A stretch of 63,382 nucleotides of DNA, counting the filler, from Choristocarpus tenellus KU-1152 (Eukaryota; Protista; Phaeophyceae): assembly GCA_964200185.2 (NCBI GenBank). It is 8 parts of 8 records of this genome, joined end to end, with 100 filler letters (N's around TTAATTAATTAA, not from the genome) between each part and the next. Parts side by side here need not be neighbours in the genome. Positions count along the whole stretch, not along the records: positions 46,182 to 60,549 come from CAXNAD020001215.1; positions 60,650 to 63,382 come from CAXNAD020025225.1; 6 more parts are not named here. One strand, given 5' to 3'. Of this stretch, positions 52,093 through 63,382 are shown piece by piece. Position 1 is the stretch's first letter; each line of letters starts with the position of its first letter. Both the position numbers and the translations under genes were made by a program. Below the pieces are notes generated by a model, which was not told the DNA's origin, did no database searches, and saw only the letters and a program-made list of their open reading frames with translations.

Positions 52093-55000
52093 ACCACCAC
52101 ACTGTTCTTCGTTGGGGTGTTTGAGTCTGGACCCTGGATATACTTCCGAAGAATCAGGATTGACAGGTGTCGATGGGATGAGCAAGCTGCTCTAATGACG
52201 GGGGAATTTCGTCCTAGGCGTCGCACTGAACACCACCCGCTTTGACAGTTTCACGAGGTTTTTGAACCCCATCAAATGCGAATCGTTCGACTTTGCACTG
52301 GTGACCCTCTACAGTCATGACAGCCCGCCATCTCAAATTTGCACGCCTCCCAATCTATACGAGAACTAATCGTGAAGACGGTTTATCAGATGGGTTGGTT
52401 CTTGGACGACAACGGAGTTTCCAGAAGATATGATACCTTTTAATCCGAAAGGGTAAGTGTTAATTGTACTTACTACATTGGAAGTATTTTGTACTTGGGT
52501 GACGTTGATTACTGCGTACTTGAGATGTAATAATGTAGTAGTAAAACAGGAAATAATATAGATTAACATTTTTCACTGTTGTGACAACTAACTGTTACTT
52601 CTTCTGTAGGGATTTTTCAGACATGTGAATAGTTTTAATTAGTTTTTCCCCTCCCACATCTGGAGAATGTCAAGGGCACAATAATATAAATAATAGTATG
52701 TGTGTTGGTATTTGAACATGGATGTGATGGGGAGGAGAGGAAGCAACATGCAAGGTAGAAAATACAACAAAAGCATCTGAGTCTTTAATTGGATAAGGTA
52801 AAAACCTATTTTTTGTAGTTTTCATATATATTGTTTTTTATTTTATTTTTTCTTATGTGCTTCCTATTATTATATATATCTTTAAACTGATACTGCAAAA
52901 CGTCAGAGGTCATAATAATATAATATGTATACTGCATCATTTTGATTATTTTTTTTGTCAATCAGATATTGATTGTGCGACCTTCAAATCGTAGACTAGA
53001 TAGGAAAAATGTACTATCTTTAGTATATGTATTCATGTATGTTCTGATTATTGTTAGAACCTGAATAGGAATGGATGTAAATCTGAATTTCAGTATTTTG
53101 AATATCTCCTAGAAAAAAGATCGAGAAATTCTTAATATTTGGTTTAGGAATATGGAAAATCAAATATTTCAGACCAAACATATTTTTTGTTTTATGTTAG
53201 ATATTTTTAATGTATTGGTTTGGTATTGGAAGTCAAAAAATGACATAATTCACCTCTTCTTGTCTCCATTCATCACAACATATGTATGCCGTTTCGTCTA
53301 GTGCGAGGAAAAACATTTTATTACTTGTCATGCGAGTACGAGAGGTGGGTCAAGTGTGATGAAAAGCTCGCATTATTGATTGCTGATGTTTGCGAGTATG
53401 TAAAATGTGTATGCCCAAGTCGTTTAACTCACCTGGGGCCTACATACAGTCAGTTTGGTGCCTGAGGTGACACAAATAAGACGAACATAACCTAACAAAG
53501 AGCAAACAACACATCATGTACCACTCTATTAATTTAGTAAACCAGTAGTGTAGATAGGTGACCTCCAGCCAGAAGAGGTGGCAAAAACACCACACAAGTT
53601 GCTGCATTTATCTCCACCATCACCATGATTCCAACTAGCAAATGCCCTATACGAGAAGAAAGTAAGAGCTATTGTTCCCCTAATAATGAAAGAACAGATT
53701 TCAGATCTCATATTCTTACCTCCTTTGTTGTTCAGCTTCAGTCAGTGACAGGTCTCATATATGTTAGAGTCCTTTCATATCTGACATGGTACTGACAAAA
53801 AAAGTTTACAATTGATAAGATGGGAAAGCGCACCCACTACGAGACTTCTGTTGACCCTCGTAGTTACAACATCAGCACCTTTGCGGTGGAAAGTTTTAGG
53901 CGCCTCGGTAAGCAAGCAGAAAGTTCTAGATGAGTTGGCTACGCATGCTGTAAGGGAGAGAGGGGCAGGAGAGCAGTGGTGTAGCATAGCCGGTAGTAAA
54001 GTAGTAAATAGATCGAAAAATTTCTTTCACATTTTCAAGAACTGTTACTTTTTCAGGTGTTGTTCTTACATTTGAATGCTTTTTCATTGAATTTTCCCTG
54101 ACACGTGTCCAGAATATCAGAGGGCATAATAATATAATAAGATACATTATCTACAAGCTGTCAAATCCCGTCTACGACAGATAGTCTCTGTCACAATGCA
54201 AGTAGCCCTATCTAGACGTGTCATGCGTTTTAAGCTGGAGACACCAGGAAAATGTGCAAGGAGGGGCTTGTTGGGATGCTTCCTTAGGTCCTCATCCTGG
54301 GGTGCAGAACTAAGCTAGGTTGGAGGCACAAGAGGGCATCAGCGTAGAATAGCTGTTAGTAAAATAGTAAACAGATTAATGTCTTTCACATTTACGATAG
54401 CTGTTGATTTTTCAGGGGTTATTCTGAAATTTGAATGGTTTTCTTTGGTTTTCCCCCTGTCATACCTACAGAATTTCAGAGGGCATAATCATAATACCTA
54501 CAAAATCTGACCAATCTGTAGAAACGAGGTATGTCTCTTGTCGTACCGTTTATTACAGTATCATATACCGACATGCCGTTTGAGATTTTTTTCTGAGAAC
54601 TTCAGTTCAACTGTGGAGAATCTTCGGAAGGATGGGTTTCTGTGCCTTCTTGTGAAATATCTTCATGAGAACGTTTTCCGAAGGCGGAAATCCCATCTCT
54701 GACCAGTTCCTTTTCTTGACCCCAGCCGAATCGTGACCCTCCACACTTCCTCACATCTTGTCCTCTTGGTTACGGTTCATGGTATGCCTGGTTCGCCTTG
54801 CCCGGTGATTCTCTTCGCTACTATTGCCTGAACTGAAGCACACCGCCTCAGAATCACACGATTCACAAAATGGGAAGATTTTTCTGCCCATCTTAATACA
54901 GTTGACTTTTTCTATTGAACTTGAAGTGCCTATGAACATGCGGATGGAATAAAAAGGTAGCCTTGAGGTTCTTTCGTGTTTTGGATGTAACTTGACAAAT

Positions 55001-55782
55001 TTACAACGGGTGGGATATAAAGGCCAGCCTGTCATACATTATCTGAAATGCACATACTATCATAATGACTACTTTGTTGGCTGGGGGGTGTTCATATATA
55101 GGCCATGCGCAATGCATGCTTGAGAGGGTTGGAAGTTATTCATCATACAACCACTTCTGCGCGTCAATACTTACGCATTATCATTTCTGCTTGTCAAGAT
55201 GGCATATAAGGGTGAGGTGATCATGCTGGCATTTACTTGACTCTGCAAAAGAGCAACTGTCTCTCGAGGAATGTAGTTGATGACACTGTGATGCTGCACT
55301 CTTGTGGGGACGACATTGTTGCCCACATATCGAGGGTGTATATTTCATGGAGTATGGATAGTCTATTCCAGATTTCCATCAAAAAAGGTATATTTTAAGT
55401 GTGGTTCAAATCCGTGAAATCCATACAAGATCCAGCCTGATTACATCAACCACTAAGCCACGAGGAAGGTCAAAATTCGACCTTCACCCGACTTACGTTG
55501 AACCCATGAATTTCTTCAAAGAGATACTTGTGTACCCTGATACCACTAGGCTACTAAACGAGCAGTCAGGTGCTTGGGAAACGAAACGTACAACAAAGGG
55601 AAGTTGAACTCTTCGTATAACCTTCAGATGGATGTATTTTGTTACCTCTGCCCTACAGCATTATTACATTAAAAAAAACACTTTATGTTATTGGCGTCAG
55701 ATCACTCTGCTCCTATGATGTTTCGCTTAGCATGAAAACATGCACTTTAATCAAGTGGGCAGGCGGAAATGATACATATTAA

Positions 55783-56487
55783 TACTCCCTCTGTTCCATA
55801 AGTCTGTTCCTTTTTGCACGTACCTCTTCGGGATGACCTCCGATTTCAAAACGTAGTGTAGGATGAGTTATATTTGAAGAGTATAGGAAGGCATGGACCA
55901 TATTGAAATATAGGCTGCTCATCTTTTGTGTTATTGATATTATACTCCTCAGGGTTAGGGTTAGGATTAGTCTGTTCCTTTATGCATGTACCTCTTCGAG
56001 GTTACCTCCGATTTCAAAACGGATTTTTGCGTTGAACTCATCGGAAAGTTTTACGTACGAGCTATATTTGAAGAGTATAATAGGAAGGTCTGAACCGTGT
56101 TGAAACATAGACTAATAATCTTTTGTGTTACCTAAGTAAACAATCCCTCTGTCCCATAACTTCGTTTCTATATACACGTAACTCTTCTTCGGTATGACTT
56201 CCAATTTCAAAACGGATTTTTGCATCGGATTGCTTGACGTTTTTTGCATCAGAATACCTTCCCTCGCTCTCGCTCAACGCCGTCAATCCACCAATTCATT
56301 GCCTTCTTGTGGGCCTATGCCTGCCTAACCTCTGTTCCATATTTTCAAATAATTTCGGGATATCTTCTTTCAAATATAACTCACCTCCCGTAAAATTTCG
56401 CGAGGAATTCAACACAAAATCCGTTTTAAAATGGGAGGTCATCCTCAAGAGGTACATGCATAAAGGAACAGATTATGGAACAGAGTA
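55783..56487. mobile_element. Stowaway-like (Tc1/mariner) MITE with triplicated left end
   Basis: TACTCCCTCTGTTCCATAA at 55783. The left arm recurs at ~55942 and ~56143. The inverted arm at 56410-56487 ends TTATGGAACAGAGTA. Confidence 0.65.
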
Positions 56488-58236
56488 AAAGGATAAAACG
56501 ATGAAATCGAACTCACTCTTTTTTTCGCGTGTAACTACCAATTGATGTATTGGGAACTCTCCTGTGTTTTTTGCAAGGCATTGATGAAATCGACTATCAT
56601 GTATATTATATAATTTATCGTTTCTCTTTATATTTCCTGCTCTCCTCCTGCAGAGCATTCATGTCCACTTGCAAACAATTGCCATGCAGTTTTTCGAAAT
56701 GTAATCATGCCCTACAAGCAGCATGGAATGTGATAGCACAGACACAACTGCAGCGTAAACAAAAAAGAAAAAAGTACAAATAGATGTACTCTTGCAGTTA
56801 CAACCGTGTCAAGAAAGATCAACAACACTATGGGGGGCCATCAGTATTTTGTACCAGTACATGCACACCTCTTGCGAGAAGAGTTCAGCACCTCTTTATC
56901 CCCTACTATCACTCCTAAACCTCCCTCTTTATTGGCATGCCTGGGTCCTACTGAATACCACCACCAATCAAAAACAAATATGACAACAAACGACTAGGCC
57001 TACAACAACGCATTGAACAAAAAAGAGAACGAAAACACATCCGTTGTTACGTCCACCCCAACAGGGAAAGGGTGCCCTGGAACGACTGAAGGTTTTCACT
57101 CTTTTGACATAGAAATCAATGGCAACACAACTCTTATATGACAATTCAACTCTCACAGACATAGGAAGAACAGCTCTCACATTATAAGCACTGTAGTGAA
57201 TTCACAGTCCACAGAGCACCAGAGCAAAGCCCACTCTGCTTCTTCATATATGCACGTAAATACACAACACAAATTTGCCTTAACAGAGCTCAACTAAATA
57301 AATTGTAATGCTTAGGGACCCAGGTCAATCTGGGTATTAGCAGTCATCGTATCTAATACTCAACCACAAGGCGAAGGTACGGGGAAGCTCACGGGATGGC
57401 GTTTTCTCGTCTTCCAAAAGAGGGATTACTTCCCCATACCGTAAAATCAGATGCGTGCGTGCTTGCACCTATACAATAAGTGACTCAACAGCCTAGCCAG
57501 GCTGAGGAGCACCCACAAATTCAATCTCGCACGGCATCTTGTCTTCGCTAATCTTAGGTTACTGGGGGGTGCAACCTCTTCACCCTCCACATTGATTCAA
57601 CACACGGAAAACACACACCAACGCAACATCTGAAGCAAAAAGGACAGACCAATTTGCATCTTGCTAGTAATTCTGCGTCGTACGCTAGTATGTTCCCTTC
57701 CACTCTTTTCATTGCTTCAAACGAATTCTGTACCACTATCTTGCACCGCTACACACTTACCTGTTTCAACTGATCGCTTCAAAGTGTTTTCTACCTAACA
57801 CAAACTATGTTCTTTTTATCTAGGAAACAGTTGCAACCTCCCCTTTCACACCTACAATGGAAAACATGGGCAAAAATGGGGGCATTAACCTTTTCCCCCT
57901 CTCAACCCCCCTCTGTACTATTGTGGCTTAATAATATTTTTCTAATCTCTCGTTGAGAGCATCAGATTGTTCTTTTCCCCGTTCAATTGTGCCACAAGGG
58001 TTCTTCTCCCTCTCCCCACCCCCTCTTCTTCCACCTCCAACTCAATCTTGAACGAAGACAATTACACACTCCAGTCTTCTCCCCAAGTGTACTTATTTTT
58101 TGCACAAGTTCCACAAGTCTCTACTGCAGTACTCTTCCACATTTCCCCTCACAACAGAATCTCCATCCTGACAACAGCCTCCGCATCCTTTTGGTCAGGT
58201 GTTTATCTGAATCAGTTGGCGTACTCCCAGAACACT

Positions 58237-60460
58237 TCAGTACGTAATTCTTCCCCTCTTCCTTGACACGTTGCCATTGTCACCAACACGTCCTGCACTT
58301 ACATCAGCTGTGTACATGAGATTGTCGTACATGACCTTCTCCTCCTCCCCACCCCCACCCAATGAAGAGATGAAGGTAGGCATCATCGGGGTTCCATTGT
58401 CAACTTGACAGCTCTCACCCATCCCTGGAACTGGCGCCATGCTCATCACCTCACCCTCTGCTGGAAAGAATAGACTGTGTCCAGAAATGCCCGCAGTGGG
58501 TGTCACAAAGCCCACCGAGAAAGGATCAAATGCTTCTGTGCTAGCAGCAGTCGTTGCTGAGAAGGGTGAATTGGCACCCCCTGCTGTTGTCAATGGTGGC
58601 CTGTCATTGGATGAAATCAAGACCTCATCCTCACAAACTTCATTTCCAATGGATTCCATCAAAGCCCTCTGAGATATGTCATCCATTTCAATAGATTCTA
58701 CCTCCTCACCAACATGGAGGTTGGGTAAGAGAGCCTGGGAAGAGGGTGTGGTTTGAGGGAACGACAGAGATTCATGGACACTACCCTCCCTAGGATCAAC
58801 ACCAACAGAGTGGGTAGCTGTTGAGTACAACTGTCCGACTTGAGATGCACTAGTAATGGGCAGATCACTCAATGTGCGGTACTGTGTAGACAGTGATTGT
58901 CGCTCTCCCAGTCCCCCCCCTCCGAGGTACCCTGCATACAAAGAGTAAACCTGTACTGGTCGCTCTTGTTGATCCTGCTGCTGCTGACGGCACAAAATAT
59001 CCTTCTGGGGCAGTATCAGACCCTCCGTTTTTGTACCACCAGAAGTGATTCCACTACTACTGGGCGCCTGGATGTTTATGTATGAATAACCGCTAGATGA
59101 CACAGGATTTGGTGTGGAGGTGCGCTGCTGGCGTTGAAGAATATCCTGGTAAGCACTTTTCTGTTGCCAGTTGGGAAAGGTTGAGATGGCGCTGTCCTGA
59201 AGTTGCGGAAGGGCCTGCTGCATCAATAGCTCATCGCAGGAGTTGGTGCCATGCTCTGTTGTTAGTTCCAAGACAAGAAAAGGCCGTAAGAGAGTGTCAC
59301 AAGTAACGTACTGTAGAGTTTTACTCTTGGTAGAAGGGACAGGAGCAAGGGCCGAAAGGTGACCACAAAAGAACTTTTGAGTGTTCCTACATGAACACAT
59401 GAAGTTGGAGTGAGGTAGGAGCATAGTGTACACATTCCAGTTAATACACAGAATACCGCTAGCTGTTCTCAAAAATTGTATGCATAAAGGCATACAAAAA
59501 AAAAGGGTATAGGATAAGAAAAATATTTTATTTATCGGCTTCTGTGCATCACATCCAATGTATTCTTACTGTTTTCAATAGCAGTCCAGACATTCCAAAA
59601 ACAGAAAGACAGTAACACACAAACCAATTCTTGCCCTTGATCTTACCCTGGAAACGCCCCAATGTTGTCGCATCCTCTTTCTTGCAGCTTCTGCCCCAAT
59701 CATTGCCGCCCACGATGCCCCCTGGGGCACAAATCTGGGCAACAGAGGCAGGGGATGACAAGGAAGCAGTACCGCCAACGCCTGAAGTCACTGCCATTGT
59801 CCAGGAATTCCCTTCGCTTTGTGAAGGCACCTGCGACTGACTGTTGGTGCTGTTATGTGAGGAGTTGGTGTGACTGTTGTCTGACAGGGCTCTGCTGCAA
59901 TTCCTGCCATCACTCGCACCAGCCAGTACACTATTGATCCCATCATTGAGCACTTGGTGAAGTTGAAGCTGCTCATCAAGCGTGCACGTGCTGCTGTTGT
60001 CATTTCCCAAAGACTGAGTCGATCCCAAAACTGGCCTTTGTGCATCTTGTGTCTGGGAGGACAGCTCAGTGCACTGCTGGGGGGGGGGGGGCCAGAGAGG
60101 TGGACTCGCTGCACCTGCTACCTTGGGGGCAACGAGGTGCTCATTGGAGACCACCTTTGAGTTCGTTCCTGACTCTGCTAAACTCTCTATGCCCTCAAAT
60201 GGTGTGCTTGCAGCATAGTTGTGGAGTCGAGGAGATGGAAAGAAGCACTTTATCCCCTTGCCATTCCCAGTACTATTGGGGTTGAAGTTCATGGCAGATC
60301 CGTCCAAGATCGACTTTGTAGCTCCCATGCTTGTGGTTGATGGAAGCTCTGCCTTGACTGATGGGGTGTAGGCATACTCCGATTCGGCAAGGTCATATTC
60401 ATTCACATCCATATCGTTTTCAAAGGTGAAAATTTGGATATTCGGCCTTTGGCGACTGGA
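58237..60460 (-). CDS. Part of a gene for a low-complexity, probably disordered protein (Ser/Gln/Gly-rich); function unknown
   Basis: Two long ORFs (59549-60412, 58237-59493) can be joined by a phase-1 GT-AG intron 59646-59256 with a CTAAC branch site. Basic RKRGR near the end. The 5' end is cut by the contig edge, and further 3' exons are possible. Confidence 0.6.
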
Positions 60461-60549
60461 TAATTGGGAACGATAAGGAGTAACACAGTGATATAAGTTG
60501 GGAGGGCATGTATGCGGGAGGGGGTATGGGGGAGTGGGGAAATAAACAG

Positions 60550-60649
60550 NNNNNNNNNNNNNNNNNNNNNNNNNNNNNNNNNNNNNNNNNNNNTTAATTA
60601 ATTAANNNNNNNNNNNNNNNNNNNNNNNNNNNNNNNNNNNNNNNNNNNN
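60550..60649. other. Artificial contig-joining spacer
   Basis: N44-TTAATTAATTAA-N44. Confidence 0.98.
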
Positions 60650-60757
60650 ATATTGACACGTCCTAAAAAACACGATAGTCAAAATTACATCAAAATTGGA
60701 ACATTGGATTTTGACCCCCAAATGGACGCGACTCTACCCTCTCAGGTACTTTGACTC
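60650..60757 (-). mobile_element. GAG-terminated MITE, partial copy D
   Basis: Matches the end of copies B and C, finishing TACCCTCTCAGGTACTTTGACTC. Confidence 0.8.
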
Positions 60758-61249
60758 CAACACAACTGTAGAAGTGACTTCAACCATTCTTCCCTTTCAC
60801 CCACTGAAGGGTTATGAGTGCCGTTCATGAGAAATAGCTGAATGGTTCACATACCTGACTTGAGTTGAACATGTGTAAGCATACACACGAAACTTTGGTA
60901 TAAATTTCCTATGTGAGGGCAACTGAATTTGCTGTGCCCCCCCCCAATAGGTTAAGGTTATCATTGCTGAAAGTCACATTTTACTACCAACTACTCTGTT
61001 GCGTCAAACTCTCAAACTCTAATAAAAGAACTATTTTACTGTTGCACTATTCGACAGACATGTAAATTTCCTAGAAAATTACTTTCGGTTCCAAAAAGGA
61101 TATCACTCTAGAGGGAAAAAGTGGTAGAGAACGCCGTCTACTGTTACTTATTGATATACTACACTCAGGTTAGAAAGCTATGTTTAAAATCAAGTGACTG
61201 TAGTTGATTTCCTGGAATGTCCCATGTTCTTCCATTTGAAAAACGGTCT

Positions 61250-62350
61250 TTCTGTACCTTCAAATGATCATCTTGACAACAATGGCACAGGAGTCTTTTC
61301 TTAAGAGAAGCATCCCACATCTTTCTCGCCACCACCTCTCACCATACACCCTTTTGTTGAACCTCCTCCTAGCCTGACTTCTTGTAATAAGGAGAACCAC
61401 AAAATGCCCGAGTGCACCCAAGTCAGATGAAATCGAGACAACACCTGATCATAATGGGTGTCATGAAGGGGGATTTCATCGCTGAAGCGCTTTCGACTCT
61501 CTTTGTTATGAACTATAGGTTCCAGCCATCTCTAACCTACCACTCTCCCTCATCTCTTCTATCTCTCAGGACACTTATGGGGATGAAGATTTTGAACACC
61601 TTGATGGCGAAGGCGTAACACAACGAGGGAGGCAGAACCGGAAAACATGCGAGGCTGCTGAGTGGACGTTGGCAAAGAGGATGGAGGGGCTCAAGATTCT
61701 CAAGCAGCACAGCAAGGCCAACCGGTAGGTGAAAGGCTTTTGGTATGGCCTCCCTTACACCAGAGCGCTCGTAGAACAATCCTAGAACAATCCTAAGCGC
61801 TTGGGATTGGGGTGAGTATTGCATCTATTGAAGAGCCCTTTTTTTGTCGTGTGTGTAAGAGCTCTTCGATCCCAACACCTCAGGTTGAGTATTTGAGAGG
61901 GGTTGCTGCTGCTTGGATTGAACTCATTCTAATGAATACATCCATGAAGAGATGGAATAATGCCAAAAGTCTTTTTAATCCCTGTGAGCGGAGTTAGATA
62001 GGCGATTTCAAAGTCACAGAGTCCCAGAGGTCCAGTGCAAGCATACTTCACCAAGATGAGAACATCATTGGAGTAGTTTGCTCAAGCTCCTTCTGGTTAG
62101 AGCACCAGCCTTTGTTAGCTCTTTTCTGAAGCACAGCAACATTCCTCCTCATAGAGGAAGCTGCAGGAAGATCGAAGTCCCGTACCTTCTAGACCTGAAT
62201 TCCACAAAAAGTCTTCTCTCCTCCCCTATGTCTTCGTTTCAAACCCAATGGCATATATTAGGTCACTGCTCAAGAATAACTCTGGTCTACTTCAGCATAT
62301 GACTCAACATTGACTAAAAAATTTGAACTACCTAAACTATAAGGTTGAAG
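61250..62350 (-). mobile_element. Decayed non-LTR retrotransposon-like remnant
   Basis: Minus-strand fragments QAAATL...GVGI, ILTPIPS, RLRH and LEP follow the order of RT thumb to CCHC/RLE. Many stops. Confidence 0.3.
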
Positions 62351-62549
62351 AGTAAGGGCACAGAAATATGAACAGCAACATTTTCACCAATAGATCTGTA
62401 GCCTATACGTGACGCTCACGGCATTATTTCACCCTTAAACCTTCAACGCCCCTGCCCCCCCCCCCCCCCCCCCCCCCCCCCTTTTTTTTTTTTTTTCTCC
62501 CCCCCCAACCCTCTTTTTTTTACTCATAAAAAATTAACGGGGGAAGGGC

Positions 62550-62559
62550 NNNNNNNNNN
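62550..62559. other. 10-N scaffold gap after a low-quality C/T homopolymer stretch
   Basis: Direct reading. Confidence 0.9.
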
Positions 62560-62582
62560 CTCACAAACCTTACTATTTTAGA

Positions 62583-62845
62583 CAGTCAAAGTATCTTAGA
62601 GGGTAGAGCCGCGTCCATTTAGGGGGCCAAAATCCAATGTTGCAATTTGATGTAATTTTGGCTATCATATTTGTTAGGAAGTGTCAGTATCCTTGTTCCG
62701 GACACTGCTTTTCATAATGTATACATTTTACCTATTCCGAAACATTTTGGAGTAGGTAAAATGTCATTAAATACACGTGGGAAGCCAAGCCCCAAATGGA
62801 CAAACAGGGCAAAACTCGTACCCTAACCCTAAGATACTTTTGCTC
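62583..62845 (+). mobile_element. GAG-terminated MITE, copy E (TSD AGA)
   Basis: CAGTCAAAGTATCTTAGAGGGTA ... TACCCTAACCCTAAGATACTTTTGCTC, flanked by AGA on both sides. Confidence 0.88.
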
Positions 62846-63382
62846 AGAATTACCCCTCACCTCAATAACATGCTACAGTGAAGCCCTGGAGCTCCGACAG
62901 CTTCTTGAGGAGGGTGTGGCGCCCGAGGCACCCATGTTGTGGTGTGCCAAGCTAGGTCACGCAGATGTGGGGGATGAGGAAGATGCTCTAACCCACGAAT
63001 TGCTCCTCTGCTGGAGACCGCAGCCGGGTTCAGCGGTGCGATGCCTAACCAAAAGGGGAAAAGGGGAAGGAAATGGGTGTTAGGGAAGGGGGGGGGGTGA
63101 GCGCAGCACCAGTGTTGTTGGGGGAGTTCAGTTCGTCTTTGATACACTCTCAATCAGTTTGGTTCAGTTGGGGGCTCTTTTTAAGCTGTTTTTTTTTCAT
63201 TTGCTGATCTTAATACCGCTCCGATTTTTTTAATTTATAATATTTTAATAACGGTGTAAGCCCTTTCACAACTCAACTCCGTGGAGTGCCATCTTCTTTG
63301 TCAGTTATGATTTAGAAAAATAGAAAAGAGATAAAGTGTCTTGACGGCTCTAGGGGCAAGGCATGAGGATGAAACTTTTGTG

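Overview
This is eukaryotic, intron-rich genomic DNA, not prokaryotic. It most likely comes from a stramenopile and resembles a brown alga or other ochrophyte; that is an inference from gene content, chromoviral Gypsy elements and TTAGGG motifs. The window is not continuous: it is eight short contigs joined by artificial 100-nt N44-TTAATTAATTAA-N44 spacers, so neighbourhoods across spacers mean nothing. I could rebuild four genes exon by exon: (1) a secreted AA15-type lytic polysaccharide monooxygenase with a His-brace, a Gly/Pro/Thr linker and two CBM1 cellulose-binding modules (17767-20833; one apparent frameshift in a G-run); (2) the 3' part of TTC13/SRFR1; (3) a complete pantoate-beta-alanine ligase (panC) whose first intron needs a GC donor; (4) the 3' part of UTP12/DIP2/WDR3. 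Two further genes of unknown function have partial models. Most of the rest is transposon debris: chromodomain Gypsy remnants, Copia pieces with a GGTTATGAGCC primer-binding site, a solo LTR with a 5-bp target-site duplication (TSD), a GAG-terminated MITE family, Stowaway-like ends, non-LTR remnants and local tandem duplications. The most interesting signals are the LPMO-2xCBM1 architecture, an AT-rich intronless bacterial yaaA fragment inside a eukaryotic contig, an almost wholly palindromic LTR, a MITE family with 3- or 4-bp TSDs, and telomeric repeats inside transposon ends. No CRISPR array, rRNA or tRNA gene was seen.
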